Source: Acaryochloridaceae cyanobacterium VAR_48_metabat_390 (GTDB taxonomy: Bacteria; Cyanobacteriota; Cyanobacteriia; Thermosynechococcales; Thermosynechococcaceae). From it: 64,000 nt of DNA. Positions 19,959 through 29,981 of the stretch are shown here, piece by piece (positions within the stretch are counted from its first letter, which is position 1; each line of letters starts with the position of its first letter). The stretch covers positions 1-64,000 of the forward strand of contig JANPLU010000123.1 in assembly GCA_031422435.1 (NCBI GenBank), read 5' to 3'. The position numbers were made by a program, and so were the translations under genes. Under the pieces are notes generated by a model. It had not been told where the DNA came from, searched no databases, and saw only the letters and a list, made by a program, of their open reading frames with translations.

Positions 19959-20408
19959 TTATTTCTGCACGGCACTTTCAGCATGTTGATAGGCCACAGC
20001 CTTAAGCTGCATCGCCCTAAAAATGTTGTAAAACCCGTTGGAGCGCGACGGCGTGAGGCTCACGTTTAAACCTGTGGTTTGGATAAACTCTGGCGAAAGG
20101 GAACCCACCACCTCCGGCGGCAGTCCACTAAGTCCCTCCACTAAAAGCGCTACTAGTCCTTTAACCAGTTGAGAATCAGAATCTCCGGCAAAGTAGATTT
20201 TTTCATCTTCTAGCCTTGCCGTCACAAAGACCTGGGATGTGCAGCCCTGCACCTTGTTTTCTGATGTTCGTGCAGCATCCTCTAGCTCAGGCAGACGCTT
20301 TGCAAACCAAATCAGCAGTTCATAGCGTCGCTTCGATTCAGCAAGCCGCTCAAAGCGGTTTACCACTTTTGCAAGAGAGTCTGGGAGCGAAACAGCCGCA
20401 AAGGACAT
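19959..20408 (-). CDS. sufE: Fe-S assembly sulfur acceptor SufE
   Basis: KVQGCTSQV, GDSDSQLVKGL, LTPSRSNGF. Confidence 0.93.
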   Translation of the reverse strand: MSFAAVSLPDSLAKVVNRFERLAESKRRYELLIWFAKRLPELEDAARTSENKVQGCTSQVFVTARLEDEKIYFAGDSDSQLVKGLVALLVEGLSGLPPEVVGSLSPEFIQTTGLNVSLTPSRSNGFYNIFRAMQLKAVAYQHAESAVQK

Positions 20409-20440
20409 AGTTTAGAAAAATAGACAGCGCAGTCCTTATT

Positions 20441-20881
20441 TTAATGGTTTTGCGGATTCGCCATCAGCCTAAGCCGTGGAAAAATCTCTGCTTCTACGGA
20501 TGCCTCAAAAGAGTCTGAACCGTAACCCTGAATCAGGGCGCTGTACTTAGCTACGCCCTCAGCACCAGCCGTCTGGAGATGGCTCAACAGCACACTGCTG
20601 GTATCTAGCAGGGTGTTGACATCAATGTTGCCGTAGTCTGGCTGGTAGGGCGAAAGCCGTCGAATCCCTTCCCCCAGCAGAATGACGGCACCTCTCCCGT
20701 TTTGGTTGCCCAAATGATAGCAGCCCACCGCAATTTGCAAAATGCCCTGAAAAAACGTTTTATTCGGCTCTTGAGCCTCAATCCAGAGTGCCTCTAGGGT
20801 ATCGTGGCACTCATAAAATTGACCAGACTGGAATTCCTGAACGCCCTGCCAAAATGAGGTGGGCAGTGCTTCAGCACTCAT
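20441..20881 (-). CDS. DUF309 domain protein
   Basis: FYECHDTLEALW...QGILQIAV..YH motif. Confidence 0.9.
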   Translation of the reverse strand: MSAEALPTSFWQGVQEFQSGQFYECHDTLEALWIEAQEPNKTFFQGILQIAVGCYHLGNQNGRGAVILLGEGIRRLSPYQPDYGNIDVNTLLDTSSVLLSHLQTAGAEGVAKYSALIQGYGSDSFEASVEAEIFPRLRLMANPQNH

Positions 20882-21247
20882 CTAAAACTTGTTCGTTTCA
20901 GAACGAATTTCTTCGACGCTAATGTCTTGGCGATCGCCACAAAAGGGATTCTCCGGCGTCAAAAACAGCATACAGTGACACTCTTTACGCTCCCGCATGG
21001 GGACGCAGGGGCAGTTCCAGTAGGCCGCAGCCACCTCTGCTTCTTTATCTTCATAGTAGCGACAGGGGCAGAGGGGCGACCCCAAGTCATCCTTATGCTT
21101 TGCTAAACCTTCAATGACAACGGCAGTTGTACCCAAATCCGAACAAAAAAACGTGCCCGTTCGCTTGGCATAGGTTTCAGAAAACTTACGCATTGCCTCA
21201 AGGCTTTTCTCAGTTCCTTGTAGAGGGCCGCCGCCTGTTGTTGTCAT
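20882..21247 (-). CDS. ftrC: Ferredoxin-thioredoxin reductase catalytic subunit
   Basis: CPCR...WNCPCVPMRERKECHCMLF. Confidence 0.96.
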   Translation of the reverse strand: MTTTGGGPLQGTEKSLEAMRKFSETYAKRTGTFFCSDLGTTAVVIEGLAKHKDDLGSPLCPCRYYEDKEAEVAAAYWNCPCVPMRERKECHCMLFLTPENPFCGDRQDISVEEIRSETNKF

Positions 21248-21472
21248 TGCTTGCTCTCAGTGCTGCTGTCAATAAACTCATGCCTTATTTACCGTATCAT
21301 CTTTCCGAAGGGTTAAGTTCATAGAATTTCTCAATTCTCAGCTCCATATTTTGTTTAGAATTGTCTGGAAATAGGGCTTCTAGCCAATGCTACCCGTGGA
21401 GTCTAAACCTTGTGAATAACCCATCTACGCGTCAGAATAAAGAAGTAGATTATTAACTTTTGCAACAGCTCA

Positions 21473-22789
21473 ATGGTTCAGTCCGCTGCTCACCTTAATA
21501 ATTTAGCCACCTCTACAGTGCTTTGTCCTGACTCATTGCTGACGACACCGTCTAAGTTAGATTACGATGTTGCCATTGTGGGCGGGGGCATTGCAGGCAT
21601 AACCTTAGCGGCAGCGCTTAAAGATTCTGGGCTAGAGATACTGATTATTGAGGCGCAATCTCAATCAGTGGCGAACGCTGGGTGCGAAGCTATCGCCAAG
21701 GGACAAGCCTACGCCATTCACCTCAGCTCTAAGCGCATCTGGGAAAGTATTGGGGTTTGGTCTGAAATAGAGCCACAGGTTCAGCCGTTTAACCATGTGC
21801 GGATGTCGGATGCAGACTGTCCTTATGTGGTGGAGTTTAAGCCGTCGGATCTCAGCACAAAGGCGCTAGGCCATGTGGCACAGCATCGTGTGCTGTTGAA
21901 AGCGCTTTTGGGGTTTGTCGACACCTGCAAAAACATTACGCGGCGCTGTCCCGCGCAGGTCATTGCAACACAAGAATTTGACGCTTACGTAGAAGTAGCG
22001 CTTCAGAATATTGATGCAGACCCCCAGGAGGTTCAAACTTTTCGGGTTGGTTTAGTAGTGGGCGCAGACGGCTCAGCCTCGCAAGTGCGGCAGCGCTCTA
22101 AGATAAAAACGCGCGGCAAGACCTACTGGCAGTCTTGCCTGGTTGCAACGATTCAACCCGAAAAATTTCATCAAAATACGGCCTATGAACGCTTTTGGCC
22201 TAGTGGTCCTTTTGCCATTTTGCCCGTGAGCAGCACCCAGTGCCGGATTGTCTGGACGGCTCCCCATGCGGAAGCACAGGCACTTTTAGACTTAGATGAC
22301 GCATCCTTTATTGAAAAGCTGACTGAGCGCTACGGTTCCCAGATGGGCAAGTTAACCCTAGTGGGCGATCGCTTTTTATTCCCCGCTAAGCTGATGCATT
22401 CTTGCGAGTACGTGCGATCGCGTTTAGCCCTAGTGGGCGATGCAGCGCATTCCTGTCATCCTGTCGGCGGACAAGGCCTGAACTTAGGCATCCGAGACGT
22501 GGGCGCACTAGCGCAGATACTGCGGGACGCCCACGCAAAGGGTGAAGATATTGGAAGTTTATGGGTGCTGAAGCGCTATGAGCGTTGGCGACGCTGGGAA
22601 AATAGGCTCTCTCTAGGCTTTACCGATCTCATCAATTTGATGTTTTCTAACAATATTTTGCCGCTGGTGGTCGTGCGTCGTTTGGGGCTGTGGGCTATGA
22701 AGCATATTCCCATTTTGAAGATTGCGGTGCTGCACTTTATGGCGGGGTTGATGGGCAAAAGACCTGCTTTAGCCAGAAAGATGCCTTGA
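21473..22789 (+). CDS. FAD-dependent hydroxylase, UbiH/COQ6 family
   Basis: IVGGGIAG, GADG, LVGDAAHSCHPVGGQGLNLG. Confidence 0.9.
   Translation: MVQSAAHLNNLATSTVLCPDSLLTTPSKLDYDVAIVGGGIAGITLAAALKDSGLEILIIEAQSQSVANAGCEAIAKGQAYAIHLSSKRIWESIGVWSEIEPQVQPFNHVRMSDADCPYVVEFKPSDLSTKALGHVAQHRVLLKALLGFVDTCKNITRRCPAQVIATQEFDAYVEVALQNIDADPQEVQTFRVGLVVGADGSASQVRQRSKIKTRGKTYWQSCLVATIQPEKFHQNTAYERFWPSGPFAILPVSSTQCRIVWTAPHAEAQALLDLDDASFIEKLTERYGSQMGKLTLVGDRFLFPAKLMHSCEYVRSRLALVGDAAHSCHPVGGQGLNLGIRDVGALAQILRDAHAKGEDIGSLWVLKRYERWRRWENRLSLGFTDLINLMFSNNILPLVVVRRLGLWAMKHIPILKIAVLHFMAGLMGKRPALARKMP
21671..21696 (-). repeat. 18-nt element inserted in a HIP1 site, in frame within the UbiH-family gene
   Basis: GCGA[ACGCTGGGTGCGAAGCTA]TCGC; removing the 18 nt restores GCGATCGC and the peptide VAIAK. 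Confidence 0.8.
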
Positions 22790-22791
22790 AT

Positions 22792-24918
22792 TTAGAGCGA
22801 TAGATCCACAACGTTCGCAAGCCGTATTTGCAGAAGACGATATAAAACTCTAGATAGCTCCCGCCGCAGTATGGGCATTTTATTTTTAGGGAGGTCTCCC
22901 ATCGTCTCATTTCCAGCATTTGTGAGAGTTTTGCCCACCAAGCTTGCAAAGTGCGCTCGCATCATGGGTTGCTCTGGCGCAAAGCGATTTCGCCCAATGC
23001 CTTTAATAAATCCATTAGAAAACAGCGCTTCAATACTGGGGTAGGCAACATGGTTAGTAGGGACATCTACAAATGTAGGCTTAGCCGAACTAACAAGTTC
23101 TAGCCCTAGGACGTTTACAAGGGCGATCGCCGCCACTCCACGACTCACCACCCCCTGCGGATTGAAATTCAGGCTTCCATTGTCTTCAGTACGAACCATC
23201 CCCGCTGCGGCTAAAACCTGAATCGCCTCAAAGTCTGGATCCTCATGAGAGACATCATTGAACCAAAATAGCGGAATCCCAAAACTGGTGAGCTGCCCCT
23301 GAAACTGGCGCTTGAGCCAACGATCTTTAGCCACAGCCCGCACCTGCACCCCTTGACTCAGGGCAAAAGCTGCCAAATGCCCTCCGGCTTCGCCAATCGC
23401 CCACTCGATGGGATGCATACGATAGGCAGCGTTAGTAATATGCGTGGTGCCAATGCTTTTGGCAGACAAAATAAGTCCATCCGTGCGAATAGGAATCAAC
23501 GCACCTAAAGGAATCGTAAACGGGAGTGAACGATTGCCATCTTTGCCCAGATCGACATGCCCAGGTGCCTCGTTGGGGTGAAAGTCAAGATAGTGGTATT
23601 GCCCAATGCCAACCGAGTCCTCAAAGCTACGAGCGCGAACTGCGCCAGGAAAAAACTTTGCCGCCACATCTTCATGGCGCACGGTGGTAAGCGCTACCCC
23701 CCGCCGCGCTTCGCGGATGTAGGGTTCTAGGGCAATGCCATCTGCTGTCCAGGTCAGATCGCCCCGTGGGGCTAGCGTTGGGGCGGCGTTCGCCTGCAAA
23801 AAGTGGATATAGGCTTGAGTGCGATCGCGTCCTCTGGCAACGACCTGCTGACGCTTCTGCCGACTCACCCCCGTGAGTACCGCGCCAAATAAATAATCAT
23901 TTCCGCAGCCTTGGGGTGCATCTGGCCCTAAAGGACTGGTGCCCCAATTCATAACGCTCACATCTTGGTCATGCACAGTGCCGTCTTCAATACTGCGCTG
24001 AAGGCGACGATAGCGGAACATACCCATCGGGTCAAAGAATGCTTTGGCTTCCCAGCCGTTTTTCCCTTTAAGCCAAAAGGTGCTGGGGAAGAATTTAGGA
24101 TCAAGCCACGGCTCAATGCCATAGCCAGCTGGTGCTGGGATAGAAACAGGAGATAATGCTTTCTCGACTACGGCACAAAAGGTAAACGCCTGTTGACACA
24201 AAGGGCGAGGCTCCTCTGGCAAAATGGCTTCACCCGTCTCACTGCGAGATTCTTGACCTATGCGAGATTCGATTTTGCCTAGCGCTAGTAGGTCGCCTAA
24301 GTCGGTGGCTTCAATTACAACATCGCCATTGACGGTGAAGGTTTTGCCATTTTCTACATCTTGGAGTACGACGCCTGTCACGCGGCGATATTCACCCTCT
24401 ACCTCCTGTGTTAGCACCTGAGCTGGTTCAGCAAAGGGAATAATGGTAAGCCGACCTGTTTTGAGGTAGGGTTCGATGCCTCTATTAAGGGCGATCGCCG
24501 CAACCACAGGCGTTACCGAAAAGTGGCTCACCCAGCTCCCGCCAGGGTTATGAATTACGCGCCCTTCGACAGGCTGAAGCTGGCGCTGGCGATCGCGGAA
24601 CTGGCGCTGCGCTCTAGAGATGCAGAAAAACTCCCCATTCTCAAGCTGATTGGGGTCGCGCTGGTCGGCAGGCACTAGCGCCTTAGGAGCCATCAGCGGC
24701 GCATCATCAGATGCGGGGAGTGCTTGAGCTGTAAACTGTCCGCCCAAAACTTTTTGAGGCGCAACAATGCAAACTGCCGTCCCCGCCTGTAACGCACCCA
24801 AAGCCGCAGCGTAGGCCGCTGTCGAGCCACCCACTACCAAAATTGGGAATTGCAGAACCTGCCCATTTTCGGGTCTTAAGAAGGCGCTATCGTCCAAAAT
24901 TCCAGTAGATGATGACAT
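22792..24918 (-). CDS. FAD-dependent oxidoreductase with C-terminal SLH domains
   Basis: VVGGSTAAYAAA Rossmann motif, EATDLGDL, PYIREARR, YRMHPIEWAIGEA; SLH-like FVDVPTNHVAYPSIEAL...RFAPEQPM. Confidence 0.82.
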   Translation of the reverse strand: MSSSTGILDDSAFLRPENGQVLQFPILVVGGSTAAYAAALGALQAGTAVCIVAPQKVLGGQFTAQALPASDDAPLMAPKALVPADQRDPNQLENGEFFCISRAQRQFRDRQRQLQPVEGRVIHNPGGSWVSHFSVTPVVAAIALNRGIEPYLKTGRLTIIPFAEPAQVLTQEVEGEYRRVTGVVLQDVENGKTFTVNGDVVIEATDLGDLLALGKIESRIGQESRSETGEAILPEEPRPLCQQAFTFCAVVEKALSPVSIPAPAGYGIEPWLDPKFFPSTFWLKGKNGWEAKAFFDPMGMFRYRRLQRSIEDGTVHDQDVSVMNWGTSPLGPDAPQGCGNDYLFGAVLTGVSRQKRQQVVARGRDRTQAYIHFLQANAAPTLAPRGDLTWTADGIALEPYIREARRGVALTTVRHEDVAAKFFPGAVRARSFEDSVGIGQYHYLDFHPNEAPGHVDLGKDGNRSLPFTIPLGALIPIRTDGLILSAKSIGTTHITNAAYRMHPIEWAIGEAGGHLAAFALSQGVQVRAVAKDRWLKRQFQGQLTSFGIPLFWFNDVSHEDPDFEAIQVLAAAGMVRTEDNGSLNFNPQGVVSRGVAAIALVNVLGLELVSSAKPTFVDVPTNHVAYPSIEALFSNGFIKGIGRNRFAPEQPMMRAHFASLVGKTLTNAGNETMGDLPKNKMPILRRELSRVLYRLLQIRLANVVDLSL

Positions 24919-24992
24919 AGGCGTTGAGCAACCAATACAACCCGAATTCAAGAAATGACCTTACCTTAAAAGGAGCGTCATGAGAACAAAAC

Positions 24993-25757
24993 GTGTCATC
25001 AGAGAATCGTCCGGCGATCGCCCTTATCCTAGGTGCAACCCAAGGCATCGGCTTGGGGTTTGTGAAACACCTGCTCCAACGGCCCAATATTTCCACAATC
25101 TTCGCTACTTATCGCACCGCAGAAGCCGCCAGTGAACTGTTGGCGCTTAAGGCCGCTCACCCAGATCGCCTGATCTGCTCAGCCCTAGACATCACGGATG
25201 AAGCTCAAATTGCCGATCTAATGCAGACCATTCAGGCTATCACTCCAATGCTTCACTGGGCGGTCAACTGTATCGGCGTTCTCCATGAAGGCGCACTTCA
25301 GCCAGAAAAGAGCCTAGCTCAAATTAATCCAGAGCGATTGATGCAGTATTTTCAGGTCAACAGCATTGGCGCAATTCTGCTGGCAAAGCACATCATGCCG
25401 TTACTTAAGCACCCTGAACGCAGTATTTTTGCAACCATTTCTGCCAAAGTGGGCAGCATTGGCGATAACCACATCGGGGGCTGGTACGGCTACCGTGCAT
25501 CCAAGGCAGCGCTCAATATGTTTATGAAAACAGCGGCGATCGAGTATGGACGCAAAAGCCCCAACACTATCATTGCGCTCCTGCATCCTGGTACGACCGC
25601 TACGCGCCTCTCAGAACCCTTTCAGCGAAATGTCCCCCCTGAAAAACTATTCTCAACCGAGCGTACCGTTGCCCAACTGTACGCTGTGCTTAACCAGCTT
25701 GAGCCTGTCAACAGCGGTCAATTCTTTTCTTGGGATGGGGCAGAACTGCCTTGGTGA
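24993..25757 (+). CDS. Short-chain dehydrogenase (CsgA/C-factor-like)
   Basis: GATQGIG, YGYRASKAALN (YxxxK), LHPGT. Confidence 0.92.
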   Translation: MSSENRPAIALILGATQGIGLGFVKHLLQRPNISTIFATYRTAEAASELLALKAAHPDRLICSALDITDEAQIADLMQTIQAITPMLHWAVNCIGVLHEGALQPEKSLAQINPERLMQYFQVNSIGAILLAKHIMPLLKHPERSIFATISAKVGSIGDNHIGGWYGYRASKAALNMFMKTAAIEYGRKSPNTIIALLHPGTTATRLSEPFQRNVPPEKLFSTERTVAQLYAVLNQLEPVNSGQFFSWDGAELPW

Positions 25758-25849
25758 TGGGTGCGGTGTTAAAGAGGGCGATCGCAGGTTGTTAAAAACT
25801 CGCAACATTTGTTAACATACCAATAGGTTTTCATTGATTTGTTTTCTCC

Positions 25850-25879
25850 CCCTACTGCCAAAACAGTAGGGCTTTTTTT
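25850..25879 (+). terminator. Rho-independent terminator
   Basis: CCCTACTG-ccaaaa-CAGTAGGG followed by C and T7. Confidence 0.8.
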
Positions 25880-25969
25880 ATGACGAGAGCAGCAGCGGCA
25901 TTTTGCTTGTCGATCGCGCTTCAAACTCAGTAAGCTACCCATAAAGGCTGACGCAAACGAGAGGAATCA

Positions 25970-26341
25970 ATGGGCAACGCTCAAAATGTATTAGGGGGAC
26001 CGCTGCAAACCTGCTGTACTTCTCCCATGACGGGGTTTTACCGCGATGGTTTATGCAGCACAGGGGCAGGCGATGTGGGCATTCATGTCGTCTGCGCCCA
26101 GATGACCGCCGAGTTTTTAGCATTTTCAAAAGCACGGGGCAATGACCTTACTACGCCGATGCCTGCCTATCAATTTCCAGGACTTAAGCCAGGGGACTGC
26201 TGGTGCTTGTGTGCATCGCGCTGGAAAGAGGCGCTAGATGCAGGCATGGCTCCGCCTGTGGTGTTAGAAGCCACCCACGCCGCAGCAATCGAGTATGCAA
26301 CCTTAGACGAACTGAAGCAGCACGCCTTAGACGTTCGGTAG
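25970..26341 (+). CDS. DUF2237 family protein
   Basis: NVLG...PMTGFYRDG.C...GLKPGD.WCLCA.RW. Confidence 0.92.
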   Translation: MGNAQNVLGGPLQTCCTSPMTGFYRDGLCSTGAGDVGIHVVCAQMTAEFLAFSKARGNDLTTPMPAYQFPGLKPGDCWCLCASRWKEALDAGMAPPVVLEATHAAAIEYATLDELKQHALDVR

Positions 26342-26353
26342 AAGAAAAGTCCT

Positions 26354-27169
26354 CTATTCAGATTCGCCTTGGGTTGTGACCAAGCCTTTGAAGTCGTAAA
26401 GCGTCGTGTCGGCTAGGTGAGATAGAGAGACATGCTGAAGACTTCTAAAGATGCTGTCAACACGCCCAGGCGTTTCGGCATCCCATGCCTGAAGCATTTT
26501 TTTGGTTTGAAGCCGCTGCATATTCTGCTGAGAGCCACACAAATTACACGGAATAATGGGGAACTGCCGTAAATCAGCGTAGCGCTGAATATCAGACTCA
26601 CGACAGTAGGCTAAAGGTCGAATGAGGATGTTTTGCCCATCGTCGCTAATGAGCTTGGGTGGCATGGCCTTGAGTAACCCTTTATGAAACATATTGAGAA
26701 ACAGCGTTTCGACAATATCGTCTCGATGATGCCCCAGCGCCACCTTGGTTGCGCCCTCTTCATTGGCAATCCGATATAAAATGCCGCGACGTAGCCGCGA
26801 GCATAGCCCGCACATCGTTTTGCCTTCTGGAATAATGCGCGTGACGATGCTGTAGGTATCTTCTTGGACAATGCGGTAAGGTACCCCCAAGGCCGTTAAG
26901 TAATTCGGCAGCACGTCTTCAGGAAAACCGGGCTGCTTTTGGTCAAGGTTGATGGCGATAATCTCAAACGTAATGGGCGCACAGCGCTGAAGGTTGAGCA
27001 AGATATCGAGCATCGTGTAGGAATCTTTACCCCCAGACAGACACACCATCACGCGATCGCCGTCTTCGATCATGTTGTAGTCATAGATGGCCTTACCGAC
27101 CAGGCTCTGGAGTTGTGATTGGAGCTTATAAACAGCCTTGGAAGGGCGAACAGAAGAAGCAGCTTGCAT
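26354..27169 (-). CDS. ttcA: tRNA 2-thiocytidine(32) synthetase TtcA
   Basis: SGGKDS PP-loop, [25 protein letters not shown]. Confidence 0.95.
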   Translation of the reverse strand: MQAASSVRPSKAVYKLQSQLQSLVGKAIYDYNMIEDGDRVMVCLSGGKDSYTMLDILLNLQRCAPITFEIIAINLDQKQPGFPEDVLPNYLTALGVPYRIVQEDTYSIVTRIIPEGKTMCGLCSRLRRGILYRIANEEGATKVALGHHRDDIVETLFLNMFHKGLLKAMPPKLISDDGQNILIRPLAYCRESDIQRYADLRQFPIIPCNLCGSQQNMQRLQTKKMLQAWDAETPGRVDSIFRSLQHVSLSHLADTTLYDFKGLVTTQGESE

Positions 27170-27180
27170 GGCGTACTGGG

Positions 27181-28521
27181 TTAGATCAGGTTTGAAATGA
27201 CGAGGTTAAGCAGTTGATTGACCGATGAAAGCCCCGAAAGGCTCCCTTCTACAGCAGAATCTGGTCTAGCGTTGAGAGGAGAGGGGAGAGATTGAGAAAA
27301 TGTGATGCAAAGTGTCTCATAGCGCTGTTTAAGATTACCCTCAATTTCCTCTGACGATAAGGGCTGAAGATTGAGGCTGAGGCTAAGAATCGTTTCTTGA
27401 TGAGTCAGGGCTTCAAGACGGTTGACCACCAAGGGTGTGGAATGAATGTGGCTAAGCTGCCGTAGGGCGATCGCTAATGCAACCCAGTTAATCGGATTTG
27501 GAAATGCGATCGTCATCAGTGGCGCTTGATATGCCAAACCTGTTTCGACCTCTAAAACACTTTGAGCAGGCACTGTCCCATTCTGGAGAAATTCTTGTGC
27601 TGCTTGGGCTATGGTATAAGCCTCTGTTACGTTATCTTCCACTATCTGAAGATCTTGCCTAAATTCTGCGGCCGGAAGTGACCACTGAATGCCTTCTAAC
27701 TCTGCGCCCTGGGGCATCTCCTCAGTATTTTCTTGGCTCCAGCGAATCCCCTGTAGATTTGCGTTATGAAATCGCGTATTGACAACCTTCGCTTCTTTGA
27801 GATTGGCAAAACTAAGGTCAGCATTTGTAAAATCAGATTCGCCAAAATTCCCCCCGCTCAAGTCGGCTTGTTGCAGCGACGCACCCTGAAAGCTTGTGCG
27901 CTGACAGTTGGCACAGTAAAAGGTCGCGCCGCTTAAATTGGCGTCACTCATGTTTCCCTCAACGCAGATTGCCTTACTCAAGTTTGCCTGAGCGAGGTTA
28001 GCGTTATGGAGGTTAATAAAGCTCAAATCTGCTTTGCTCAAATTTGCCTGACTAAGGTTTGCCCCCTGTAAATTTGCCTCAGTCAAAATGGCCTGACTAA
28101 AGTTAACAGACGCTAGATTTGCCTGTGCGAGATTGATTTCAATACAAAAAGACTGATCTGCCCAAGCATGACTTAAATTCGCCTCTCTCAGGTCAGCCCG
28201 AGAGAGGTCAGCCCGAGACAATTTCGCACGACGGAAGTTCCCTTGGATTAAATGGGCAGTGTTTAAGTCGGCCTCGGTAAAATCAGCGTTTTGACAGTTG
28301 CTTAGGGCAAGGTTAGCAAACCGTAAAAGCCCCCCCTTTAGGCTCGCATTTTGAAGATTGGCTCCGGTTAAGTTAACGCCAATAAAATTAATACCCGCTA
28401 AATCTAGCCCCTGAAGGTCAGCGCCGCTTAAATCCAGACCTTCAGAAAAATGAATTTGACGCCATTGATTCCAGCGCCTAACGCCACGACGAATGAGTTT
28501 GAGATGGGCACCATTCGCCAC
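27181..28521 (-). CDS. Pentapeptide repeat protein with an unrecognised C-terminal region (GTG start)
   Basis: Long A(D/N)Lxx repeat tract after WNQWR. Confidence 0.9.
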   Translation of the reverse strand: MANGAHLKLIRRGVRRWNQWRQIHFSEGLDLSGADLQGLDLAGINFIGVNLTGANLQNASLKGGLLRFANLALSNCQNADFTEADLNTAHLIQGNFRRAKLSRADLSRADLREANLSHAWADQSFCIEINLAQANLASVNFSQAILTEANLQGANLSQANLSKADLSFINLHNANLAQANLSKAICVEGNMSDANLSGATFYCANCQRTSFQGASLQQADLSGGNFGESDFTNADLSFANLKEAKVVNTRFHNANLQGIRWSQENTEEMPQGAELEGIQWSLPAAEFRQDLQIVEDNVTEAYTIAQAAQEFLQNGTVPAQSVLEVETGLAYQAPLMTIAFPNPINWVALAIALRQLSHIHSTPLVVNRLEALTHQETILSLSLNLQPLSSEEIEGNLKQRYETLCITFSQSLPSPLNARPDSAVEGSLSGLSSVNQLLNLVISNLI

Positions 28522-28759
28522 GGCAGAAGTCCAAGTGGGCTAGGCAATTGTTGATATGGAGCAGATTCTAACGGATAACTGGCCTGAATGGGGTTGAGAG
28601 GCTTTCTCACCGAGAGTGATGAGCATTGACTAACCCTATAGCCATCAGCCTTTAGAATAAAGAGAGGCGCTTTTGAACGCAATGTGGCGGTCGCAAAATA
28701 AGCCGAGTGCAATTTAATTTGCTGCAATGCAATCAATGGGAGCTTTGAACGAAAAATTT

Positions 28760-29254
28760 ATGACAAAACTGCTGATAGGTCTGTTGGGCATTTTCTTAAG
28801 CGTGCTGTGCTGGGGTTCAATGCCTGCCCATGCCGCGAGTTCCGCTGCGATTCGAGCTTTTGATGACGTGGCGATCGCCTCCAAAAACTTTGTGGGCAAA
28901 AATCTACAGCAGGCCGAGTTTAGTGACGCAAAGCTCAGTGGCGCAGACTTTAGCGGGGCAGACCTGCGGGGCGTGGTGTTTAATGGCGCTGTTTTATCTG
29001 GGGCCAACTTTAACGGCGTTAATATGACCGATGGACTGGCCTATGTCTCAGACTTCACTAAAGCCGATTTTACCAACGCAGTTTTAAACGGTGCCCTTCT
29101 GCTCAAATCAACCTTTCGAGGTGCCACGGTGACGGGGGCAGACTTTAGCGATGCGGTTCTCGACAAAATTCAGGTGGCTGCGTTGTGTAAATCTGCCAGT
29201 GGCGTTAACCCCGTTACTGGGGTGTCAACCCGCGAATCGTTGGGCTGCAAGTAG
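28760..29254 (+). CDS. Exported/lumenal pentapeptide repeat protein
   Basis: Signal peptide ending PAHA, pentapeptide repeats, [21 protein letters not shown]-terminus. Confidence 0.9.
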   Translation: MTKLLIGLLGIFLSVLCWGSMPAHAASSAAIRAFDDVAIASKNFVGKNLQQAEFSDAKLSGADFSGADLRGVVFNGAVLSGANFNGVNMTDGLAYVSDFTKADFTNAVLNGALLLKSTFRGATVTGADFSDAVLDKIQVAALCKSASGVNPVTGVSTRESLGCK

Positions 29255-29265
29255 GTCAGATTTGA

Positions 29266-29853
29266 TCACGCGGGGTCGGGGTGGGGATAAGCCTTCGGAA
29301 ACTGTCCGCGCTGCTTACGAGATTCCATTGCACGCTCTAGTAATGTCAGCATTCCAGGCGACTCTTCTTGGATAGCGAGCAAGAGCTGTTCACCTATTAA
29401 AGCTTCCTCTTCATCCCCTGGATCGATGCCCGTTTCCATCACCGCGTGGAGGCGGGGTAATGCCCAATCACCCACAATTTCAATAAGTCCATCAAAGCAG
29501 CGGTTAAACTGCTGGGCGGTCAGCGTTGAGTCTTCAATGGGGAACTCAATAATGGCGCAAATTTCGCCGTCTGAGGGGTCGTACTCCCACTGAAGCATTT
29601 TGGTTTCCCAAGAAATGCTGAGCATGGTTTGGAGAATGGCGGTTTTGTGGGGATGATCTTTCACCCCTGCCAAGATTTCAGGGGCAAACAGCTTAAAGAA
29701 TCGCCCTTCTTCATCAAGCTGAATCACAACCAACAGATTTTCGGTGGTTTCCAGCACTAAGCGAACCAAAATGCGCGACTTCTCGGGCTGAACGTCATAA
29801 ACTAAGCCTTTCGGGGCAAGATAGGTGGCGATTTGGTCTAAGGTGATGCCCAT
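29266..29853 (-). CDS. YbjN-like conserved cyanobacterial protein
   Basis: IQLDEEGRFFKLFAP...WETKMLQWEYDPSDGEI...FPIED. Confidence 0.7.
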   Translation of the reverse strand: MGITLDQIATYLAPKGLVYDVQPEKSRILVRLVLETTENLLVVIQLDEEGRFFKLFAPEILAGVKDHPHKTAILQTMLSISWETKMLQWEYDPSDGEICAIIEFPIEDSTLTAQQFNRCFDGLIEIVGDWALPRLHAVMETGIDPGDEEEALIGEQLLLAIQEESPGMLTLLERAMESRKQRGQFPKAYPHPDPA

Positions 29854-29981
29854 TCGTTCAGAACTTGACTGCAAAAACGTACTTTTTTGATCATATTCTG
29901 CATTTGCACTCAGCGAAAATTGATCCCCTTAAGATGGAGTTATGGCTTCATCTGTACTGTCTGATTTGGAGGTAATGCCTT

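Noticed and set aside
27181..29254. Repetitive DNA that might be a tandem array or CRISPR
   Set aside because: The periodicity is explained by pentapeptide-repeat coding; no identical repeats with unique spacers and no cas genes in the window.
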